In this document: piece after piece, positions 13,111 through 23,729 of the stretch
How positions within the stretch are numbered: position 1 is the stretch's first letter
How the letters are laid out: each line of letters begins with the position of its first letter
Assembly: GCF_036321535.1 (NCBI RefSeq)
Contig: NC_087436.1
Span: 83,144,001-83,208,000, forward strand
From: Camelus dromedarius
Taxonomy: Eukaryota
Reading direction: 5' to 3'
DNA length: 64,000 nucleotides
The notes under the pieces: model-generated
Told to the model about the DNA's origin: nothing
What the model saw: the letters and a program-made list of their open reading frames with translations, nothing else
Databases searched by the model: none
Position numbers and translations under genes: made by a program

Positions 13111-15146
13111 CACCCTTACTTGTCTCATTTTGACATTGTCCTTGCAATGCAGATCACAAATGATTGTTGAAGTCAGGATCATATAGTCTGGTTGCAGCTG
13201 GGCATGCAAGCACTTAGAGTTTGATTTTTATAGATCAAGCCACCGACCAGAAGAGGTGGCTTTAGCAGGTCATGAGTTTTGGGGCTGTAGAAGGAAACAC
13301 AGGCTTTCCTGGCTCTTAACTTCTTATCATTAAACCATTCCCTGTATGCAGCATCCCTTTCCCCTCACTGTCTTTAAAAAGAACACTCTGACTGAGGTAG
13401 GCAGAGTCAAAGTTCCCATGAGGGTTAAATGAAGGATTCAGCAACTCCAAGTACACCTTGTCACCCAGCCACCCAGCCCAGTGGTGAGGACCTGAGGCAA
13501 CTTAGCAGCATCTTTGTACTTTGTGCCAAATGCATTCCCATTTACTTTTTTGGGATTCTCTTTTTAAATTATTTTGAAATTCATTCAAAAATCTTTATTG
13601 AGTGTCTATTCTATATGAAGCACTGTAGCAGATGCCAGGAATTAAATGGGAAGTCAGAACATCGCCTCTCTCATGGAGTTTACAGTGATTTTTTCTCCAT
13701 AAACAACCACCACCAAAACAACAACAAATACACAGAGAGTGCTTACATTATGCCAGGCAATTTTCTAAGCACTTTACATTTATTAATGAATTCAATCATC
13801 ATACAACCATAAAGGTTTATTGTTGCCATTTTGTAGAAGAGGAAACTGAGGCATGGAGAATAAGAAATTTGCCCAAAGTCACAAGGCTACAGTGGTGGAC
13901 CCTGTATCCTATTTGCTACTTTTTTTCTGTATTTACTCTCCTACTGATGTCAATGTCACCTGGGGTATTATCCTGATCCATTCATTTATTCATTCATCCA
14001 CTCATCACATTGTTTTTAAACATTTTGACGTGCCAGGCATGTGGGCATGGTTCTGACAAGCAAAGAATTAGTTACAGTCTCTGTCACTGAGTAGATCACA
14101 GTCTATTGAGAAAAACAGACCCATAAACACATAATTCCAGCACAATGTGTTAAGTGCAAAGGCAGGGCTATGTACCAAGTGGATGGAAACAGAGAGGAAG
14201 CAATGATGAACTTTGCCTATGGTTGCTGAGAAAGACTTCCAAGAAGGGAAAAAAAAAATTTATTAGTGTCTTTAAGGTAAATAGCAACTCATTAGTTAAA
14301 GAATAATAGGAAGATCAATCCAGAGAAAGGAGAGGATGCATGGAAAGGCCTGGAGTCATCCCAGTACAAAATGTTTACTGACAGTGATGACATAGGTGGG
14401 TAGAAAATAGCAGGATTAAGGATCAGAGGTTGAGCTAAAAGCAAAGAGTGACTACTGACACACTCAAAGGGGTTTAAGCTGGGGAGTAATGCATACAGAT
14501 CTATATTCTAGAGAATTTCTAGCACCAGTTTGAAGGACATCAAAGCTAAAAGGTCCTGAGGAAAAGAAGAAGTTGGTAGCTATTGCAGCCACCTAAGCAA
14601 GAGTCAGTGATTCAGTTAAGGCATCAGAGAGGAAAAAATGGATTTGAGAGACATTTTAAAAGATGGAAAAAAATAAAAGATGGAGCAACAGAACTTGGTG
14701 ACTGCTTAAGTCTGCGTGACTGGATAGACAGTGGTCACCCAGTTTGGAATAACAGCTCAGATTCTACAGGATTACTTTTGAGCCAGTCTGCTCAGGATAC
14801 ATTAAAAACAGCCTCAATTGGACTATGAGAGCCCAGAAAAACAGTAGCTAATTCATGTATAGCTATGTAGGTCTTACAGTGGAGTCACGCATTGTTTCAG
14901 TTATGGAACAGGATTAATTCAGTTGATCCTGACAACAGCCCCTATATAGTAGGTGCCACCATATCCCCATTTTTACAGATGAGGCCATCAATAAACAGAG
15001 ATGTACTCTGATTTGCCCAGGGTCATACAGCTAGTAAATGGAGGACTTGGGTTTTTCAGAGGCTTTGGGAATAGAGGTGGAATGCTGGACTGGGCTGGGG
15101 CTGAGGGATGCAGCACATTATAAGGCAGACTTTCCTACAAATCCTC

Positions 15147-15628
15147 TTTTTTTTTTTAACATTTTTTTTTTATTGAGTTATAGTCAGTTTACAATGTTGT
15201 ATCAATTTCCAGTGTAGAGCACAATTTTTCAGTTATACATGAACATACATATATTTATTGTCACATTCTTTTTCACTGTGAGCTGCCACAAGATCTTGTA
15301 TGTATTTCCCTGTGCTACACAGTATAATCTTGTTTATCTATTCTATGTATACCTGTCAGTATCTACAAATTTCAAACTCTCAGTCTGCCCCTTCCCACCC
15401 CTCTTCCCCCTGGCAACCACAAGTTTGTATTTTATGTCTGTAAGTCTGCTTCTGTTTTGTATTTATGTTCTTTTTTTTTTTTTTAAGATTCCACATATGA
15501 GCGATCTCATATGGTATTTTTCTTTCTCTTTGTGGCTTACTTCACTTAGAATGACATTCTCCAGGGACATCCATGTTGCTGCAAATAGCATTATGTTGTC
15601 ATTTTTATGGCTGAATAGTATTCCATTG
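15147..15628 (-). mobile_element. 5'-truncated young L1 3' end
   Basis: similar to the 3' end of the full-length L1; TSD ctacaaatcctcttt 15135-15149 / ctacagatcctcttt 15629-15643; TT/AAAG target. Confidence 0.92.
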
Positions 15629-18600
15629 CTACAGATCCTCTTTAAACATCCTCCCAAAGTTTACACTCACTCCAGCTGCTAATCTCTCTCTCCTCTGTTC
15701 CACAGGGCTATTTGTGCCACACCGCTATTCTTGAGAGCTTCCTCCTTCTCCTGCCTGGCGCTGATGCTCCACTTAGCTCTGAGAATGACCCTCTTGGTCT
15801 AGTGCCTTCCTAGGGGAAGTAAAATTCCCCCCAGATCTGACTTATTTCTAGAGAGAATCAAGCCCTGTTTTAATTCCAGGGCAAGGTGAGAGGAAGAGGA
15901 TTCTGGGAATGGGAAGAAGCTAGGAGGCTGGAGTTGCTTTGGGGCTTGTTTTGTATGTGGTGTCTCAAGGATATCTGAAGGGAGATGAGAAAAGAAACCA
16001 CAGGGAGAGAAAATCAGAGGTTTGAAGTTCTTCTTTTGAAGATTCTTGTCAAATGTTTGGTTTCAGACACATCACCAGAATATTCAAACAGCATCTCCAC
16101 GGGCATTACTTCCAGAATTTTGGAAAGCAGCCTTTGTACACAGCTAAATATTTTTTTCTAAATAACCTCAAAAAGGAAACAAAACCAATTATGCATCAAT
16201 GGTCAAGGCCTTGAGGCCTATTTTTTTAATGTAGGATTTTTCTGAAGCTCGTTTATGATCCATGCTCTGAAATTTGTCATTTACTCAAGTGTAAAAGCCC
16301 ACATAGGAACATGTATCATGATATATGTACAAACAATTTGATAAATACATGTATGTATAGGTTGTAATTTTAATTTTTAAAATTTTGCTAATTATGAAAA
16401 AAATGCATGTTGACCATAGAAAACATAAAATAAAGAAGTGAAAAAATTCATTTCACTATCATACATAATAAGCACCATGACCATCTTGAAGGTATTCTCT
16501 AGCAAACTTCCTTCCCTCTTTTTCTTTTTGATTACTTCACTTTTTTCATTTTGTAGTTACAATTGTTGCTTGTGTTCCATTTCAGACATAGCTATCTCTT
16601 TCACATGGTGTGTAAACTGCTAATGAAAAAAAACTTTGTTTAAAAAACTATAAAAATAATACATTCTCATTGTAAAAAATAAAAATAAAGTCATGCAATA
16701 CAAAAGTACATAGAATCAAACATATAAATTTCCTCTCCTTTCCCTGGACTCATTCCCAGAAGTACTTCAAGCAACAGTTTGATGATATTCACAGGTTCTT
16801 CTAAAAGTAAAACAAATGTTATGGTTAATTTTTTCCTTCATATCTGTAATCTAAATCAATGTAAACATATTTTCTCTTAAGTGTTTTAGTGGGCTTTTTT
16901 TCCTAATTGTTTTTCAGACTGCTTTTTTTGTGTAATATTTTTAACAATTATGTATTGTGGAATGTTGCTGAAACATCAGAATGCGGGTTCGCCTTGCTTT
17001 GAATGACCAGAAAGAAGATTTTATGCCGAGGGTGCTATTGGTATCATTGGAATGAATTCTTTGAATAGAGTCTAATTATGGACTTCATTCTGTTCCTTCT
17101 TGATCTTTCTTAAAAATAAACTTCTTATCTTGGAATAATTTTAGATTTACAGAAAAGTTGCAAAGATAGTGCAGAGAGTTCCTATGTACTCTGTACATTT
17201 CACCTGGCTTCCCCTAACATTAGTATCTTAACTAACACACTGTTTGTCAAAGCTAAGAAATTAACGTTGGCACAATACTGTTAACCACAGACCCTATTTG
17301 GATTTTACTGGTTTTTCCACTAATATCCTTTTTCTGTTCCAGGACCCAATTCAGGATACCTGATTGCATCTAGTTACTTCACCTTTTTAATTCCATTGTT
17401 TCATTTTCTAAGAGAGATTGTGGGCGGGGAAGGGATTTGAGACAGAACACATACTGACACATTCGAGATCATGTTAACAAAATGAGGTTGCAGTCATGGC
17501 AGTTTTGGGATTCTTGGTGAAAGTTATTTTACTTAGTCATCCTGCCTCCTTCAAGCAAAGATATTTGAGGAGTGGCTGTACCAAATGTCATCTGTGAGTA
17601 GGAATCCTCATAGTGTGCTCTGAGAGATGAGTGATGTCACACATGACTCTGTTCTCAAAAATAGCTCCTACTCAATCAACCACTCTCCTGGAAATTACGG
17701 CAACATTCTGGACAGCAGATGCCTCCACATGGTTTCATTAGAAGCACAAATCATCATCTTGATTTATCAGGTCTGTTTCTTCGGTGGGTTGTCAGGCAAG
17801 TTGATATAAGGGAAAAGCTTGGGTAGGTGTGTAAGGGAGGTGCTGAAGGACTGATCTGGGGACAGAGAGCAGAACCTGGAACACATTCAGGTTGTGGTGT
17901 TGAGGTGTACTCACAGGAACTGGGTGCCTAGGGGTGTGTGTATGGGGATCATTGGCAGGTAGGAAGCTTGCAGAGGAGGAAAAGTGAAAGTGTAGAGGAG
18001 GCGATATAGTTCTGTAAGACATGCTAAGAAAAGACAAATCCAGCCTTCTTTGTAAGCTTTCCTGCAGCAAAGTGGGTGCTGGAAATAGAACTCAAAACAC
18101 CCAGGAATGTTGTTGATGTTCAGCCAGTTTACATTGGTATTGTCAGACCAGTTCTGAAAATATTGAAACACTTCCATTTTGGTCGGTAAAGCAGTTGCTC
18201 CCCCGAACCTCCAAGTGTCCTTTCACTGCCCTAGATGCCCCACCCATTCCCCCAGGACCTGTGTGAGAAGGTTTACAGCTGGCACAGCAGGAGCCTCCAG
18301 CAGAATCCAACCCCTGTGCCAGCCGCACCTTCCCATCCTTTTTGATGACTGTGCCCAAGCAGGGAGCAAATATTTGCATAACATTCCTGCTGCTAAAGAC
18401 CATGTCCCTGATCACTTGCCATGTTTTAAGTGCTGGGAGGATTCCAGCTGTCAAGGATCCCAGACCACAGACCAAATTTCTGGATAGAATCCCTCCACCA
18501 ATAGGTCTTAAATGACTCTAAAAAAATAAAAGTTTAAATATACAAAACAAAATTTACCATTTAACCATTTTTAAGTGTACAAATTCAGGGGCATTAAGTT

Positions 18601-21600
18601 ATTTTTATAGCCTTATTGCCAAGAGTGCAATTTTTATCCTATTCAGACCATGCTCTAGAAAGGATTCCTGGGTGTCCGAGGGGGTCTGTGCTGTGGCTCA
18701 CGCTTTTTCCTTCAGTTAGACTGCTTTGCTCTTTCATCTGCCTGTTAAAAGCTGGAATATATCTCTTCATGGCCACCAAATCTTCATCAATCTCTCACGG
18801 CTGAGACATTAATCTCACAGCTTGCTTCACTCTTGGCACACACAATTTGAAACTCTTGAATATTTCCACTTCTCCCTTGCATCATTTCGTGTGTGTGTTT
18901 ATGTGTTAACATCTTCTACACACGTGTTTCTCAAAGTATTGTTCAGAGAGCCCCTGCATTAGAATCACCTGCTTTAAAACATTTAAGATTCTCAGACCCC
19001 AGGGCCAAAAATGTATTTAATAAGTCTGGAGGAGGGCCCGGAACCTGCCTTTTAAACAAGTTCCGTAAGGAAACTTAGTCACATTAAACTTAGAAAGCAA
19101 AGTTTTGGACAATTTTTCCTAAAGGGTAGGCACTTTGTCTTGCTTATCTTTGCATCATTTGTAGCACCTAGTGTTCAGTACTCAATAAACCTTGAGTTGT
19201 TTATACAGCCTGGCTGACCTTTTATCAAAAACATGAATGTGTTTCCTCTTAATCGTTGTAAATTCAACAGCTAGTTTTTGTGTGATCAGTGCTTAGTCTT
19301 CCTATTGCTGCAGCACCTCATTTTCCTTGTTTGCTCAGGAGAACTACTCCCTTCAAGTATTACATTGTGTAGTTCAGACAGAGTTAAATCGACTCACTGG
19401 TTCCTGCAGTGGAATCGTTAGCCACGCCAGCCTTGCAAGAGTAACAGTTTTCCCTGGGCACAAAGATTTGTTCTGAGGTGTGCATGCAACCCTGACGGGG
19501 GGTCAGTCCTAGCACCTGATTGTGGTAAGCTCTTTTCTCAAGCTGAAAAGGCAAGGAAACTGATTCTCCCCTAGAGCCTCCTGAAAGAAATGCAACTCTG
19601 CTTGCAAAAAAATTTTTTTAAATAATAAAATTGAAAAACAAAAAGAAATCAGGGATCACACACAAAAAAATGGTAATTACGTGAAGGTATGGAAGTGTTA
19701 ATCAACCTTATTGTGAAAATCATTTTGCAACTTATACAGGTATCAAATCATCATGTTGTATACATTAAACTTACATTATATGTCAATAATATCTCAATAA
19801 AACCGGGGGGAAAAATAGAAATTGGGGAAAATTGGGCACTTGACCTATTTAGAGTCTTCAAACAATATTATTACTTAATCTTTTCAAACATCTTGTGTGA
19901 TAATCATGAAGAATGAGAAACATGAGAAAATAACTGACTTGCTTTACAAGCTCACAGTGAAAAAGTCTTATGCACACTCTGGAAACCAAGTGAAAGGTAC
20001 AGTGGAAAGTTACAGGATACTGCTCATTTTATGCTGACACATTGCATCTCCAAATGGGCGTTGTTTCAGGTCATAGAGAGTAAATTAAGCTGTGCATGGA
20101 AAACAGTTCCTGAAATTTACATTTTGTTTGAATTAGGATATCCCTGTTTGTCAGGAAATTTCTGTAGTCAGGGGGCTTTGGGGAGAGATTGCTACCTGTA
20201 ATCTGAGATATTAGACATACTCTTACCAGTAATGACTAAAAAATTTACATTTAAATGGACATCAACTATAATAAAAAGACAGTTTACAATGAGAAGACTA
20301 AAATTCTTGAGGCCTGGCCTTTTAAAGAAGCACAGAATAGCTAGCACATCTGAATCTCAGGACTGTGTTTCAAAAACTCTCATGTTCTAGCTTTGGCTCT
20401 GATTGCTAATCTTACTGCATCTCCATTTCCTGTGAATCAAATGATGGCCTCACGTTCATTGCTGTCTGTGTCCTACGGTTCTCACTGTGAAGAATTTCTG
20501 AATAAAAAGTACTATGAAAATGACAAACGGTAACATGAATAGAGACCATTTTTCTCGTGTTTTCAAATAATTTGCCCCCTGTCTCAGTCTATGTTTTCTC
20601 TTTACTTCAATTGCTATTACTAGAAATCTTACAGGGTGAAGGCTTGTTTACCATCTTATTATCACTGACTCCAAGTTGTCGATCAAAATTGCTTAGCACT
20701 GTACTCAGAGACAAGGATTTTCCAGTAGAACCGGCATTAATGGATAGGAATACTGTAAAAATTTTTTGTCTTTGAGTGTAAAAATCAGGAATATAATATT
20801 GTGCTGTGTTGATAAGATGCAGATGGTAAATATAGAAAGAATTACACTAAGCCTCATTTATCTGGTATGTTTAAGATAATGTGTTGTGGATTATAATTTT
20901 AAAACTCTTTTACTGAGGTATAACATATATACATCTACATATGTAAGTATGCATAGCTTGTGTTAATCATAAATATGTAGATCAATGTATTTTTATTATG
21001 AATACACCCAGGTAAACCTCCATCCAGATCAAGATGTAGAAAAAATTTCAGTCCTCCATAAGGTGCAACTTTTATTGCATTTTAAAATAATATATTTAAA
21101 TTGTAATTAAAGTAAATGAAACATTTACATATTTGACATAAAAAATACATACATAAATTTTTAAATAACATGTGATCATTCATTACAGAAAACTCGAGGA
21201 ATAAGGAGAAGGAAATAGTCATCCATTGTTTTACCACCTTAATAAAACTATTTTAATTTTTGATAATTTCCTTCAAGGCTTTTTTCATATATATATTTTT
21301 AAAATTGCAAACATATTATAAAATTTCAAATCCTGCTTTTTTTTTTTACCTAACATTATATCCATTTCCATGTTCTTTCTTGATTCCTTGTATTTATAGT
21401 TATTTGATCCTGCATAATATTGTATTGACAAACATACTATAATTTTCTTAACAGTTTCCCAACTGGTAGAAGTGAAGCTTGGTCCAGCATTTTGCTCTTT
21501 GCTGTGATGAATATTTTTGTGTATAGGGATTTTCCAGTTTGGTAATGGGTTTTCAAATACCTGTTTTACTGAAAACAAAGAAAACCCACATCTTTCTTTT

Positions 21601-23729
21601 AGTACCTTTGCAGTGACACTGACTACTTGACTTTCTATTCAGCAAATACAGGATCATAGTCCACAAGTCTGAAAGGGACCTTAGAAGTAATTTGGCTCTG
21701 CCTAATTTCTATAAAATTCCCAAGAGCTAGTCATCCACCTCTAGTTTGATCACTTCCACTGGTTTTAGAATTGCTACTATGCCATATGATTTTGGACACA
21801 TGAAACTAATGTGTAACTTTTTGAACCAGCCTCTTCTGCTTCCTTATATGAAACCATTGCTACCACCCCACCCCCACTCCAGTAACTTCTATCCAGTCTT
21901 TCTCTTAATGCTGCTGTCTTCTGTTCCTCTCCACCCTTCCCCTCCCTGCTTTCTGACCCAAGAGGCTGACCTGAATGGTCTGATTCAGCTCTTGGTTGAA
22001 GGGGCCCCCAGCAAGGAGGAAGAGCACAAGGTGAGGATATTTATGCTTCTGGTTGCCCCCCTGCTGGATCGCTTAAAGCTGGCTGTGTCTCTGTCAGAGA
22101 CTCCAGCTCCTCTCAAGGTGACCTTCTCCGCAAAACTTTTTTGTGTTCCTCTTTCTGGGTTTTGTTAACCGTTCTCTCACACATCCCTTCAGGCCCCAGG
22201 ACAATGCTACCCTTGACCCTTTCCTCTATCTTTTCCACACTTTTATGGAGTCTCTTTAATCGACCTATTTGGACTGCCCTCATTTGAGCAAGCCATCTGT
22301 TTCCTGTTTCCTGCTGGGATGTGTCTGACTCACTCTGCATACACTCTTCAGAGATGTAACCAGATTTTCACAACACCGCAGTTCTCACAGTTTGCTCTGC
22401 GGATACTGATGGTGAACAGTCCAGAAATACTGGCATGGCTCCCCCGACTCACCTCTCTCATCACTGCAATGTTCAGTGACTTTGAAACTCCCCATAAGAA
22501 TGAGAAAGAAATGTTACCGATGAACTTAGATGGAAACATTCAACCTCAGCGGCTTATGAACTGAAGTTTATTTTGGTTTTTTTTTAAGTTCAGATTTTTA
22601 TCTCCTGAAAATTCTCATGTTAGAGAAGTATCTGTGCTAGAGCCCTTTCAATAATAGCATGAATAGATGACGTAAGGCTTAGATGTGTATTTTTCCTTGG
22701 TGTTCAATGCCCAGCAGTCTATGGATGAAATAATAGCTCTGGTAGATACAAGTTTAAAGTAAAAAAGAGTCAACCTCTCTGAGTGCTCAAGTTATTCCAT
22801 ATCTATAACACAAGCTCCTGTAGATACTGAAGTAATTTTCCCAAGTTTTGAGAGCATTATTTGGCAGGTTACTTTCTGGCTCTTTTAAAATCTGGGTTTC
22901 CATTTTATTAAAAAAATGCTTTTTGAGTATTGAAATACTAAAGGGGTTAAGGCATAATAGAATTGCTAGGTTAACTATTTCCTTTCAGAAGGAATGCTTC
23001 AAGCTGGGTAAAAGAAAGCAAGTATGAAAGTGTTCCAAGTGGTAATCCAATATGTCATTTTCTTGTAGTGTTTCTCCTGATTACCAGTTGAACTTATTTT
23101 GGTCTTATAGAAGATGAGTTGGGGATCAGTAAGTGAAAAAAATTTTGAAGGGCTGAATCAAGGCCAAGGGAAACTTGGGTTTCCTCACTGCAGTTGGACA
23201 ATCTCCTCACTCCTCACTTTCCTTACATGATCTCATCCACTTCCATGTCTCCAGTGACCACTTATCACAGATGACTCTCAAATGTGAATCTCTGGCACAG
23301 ACTTCTCTGAACTCCAACCCACAAATACGACGTTTACTTGACATCACTGAGTAGAGATGTTTCAAAATTCCTCAAATTCATGACCTTTCCTCCACCCAGG
23401 TTTTTTTTTTTTTTTAACATTTTTTATTGATTTATAATCATTTTACAATGTTGTGTCAAATTCCAGTGTTCAGCACAATTTTTCAGTTATTCATGGACAT
23501 ATACACACTCATTGTCACGTTTTTTTCTCTGTGAGTTATCATAACATTTTGTGTATATTTCCCTGTGCTATACAGTGTAGTCTATTCTACAATTTTGAAA
23601 TCCCAGTCTATCCCTTCCCACCCTCCACCCCCCTGGCAACCACAAGTCTGTATTCTCTGTCTGTGAGTCTATTTCTGTCCTTTATTTACGCTTTGTTTTT
23701 GTTTGTTTGTTTGTTTTTGTTTTTGTTTT

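Larger units (their letters stand above)
350..22560 (-). pseudogene. putative decayed multi-C-type-lectin-domain gene (unidentified)
   Basis: about 10 non-repeat minus-strand islands translate to CTLD-like motifs in domain order, several with AG/GT borders; many stops, frameshifts and lost Trp/Cys; manual alignment only. Confidence 0.5.

Noticed and set aside
18069..18185. Plus-strand exon-like segment (cctgcAG KWVLEIELKTPRNVV... GTAAAG)
   Set aside because: No recognisable homology or partner exons; the opposite strand gives the CTLD-like reading.
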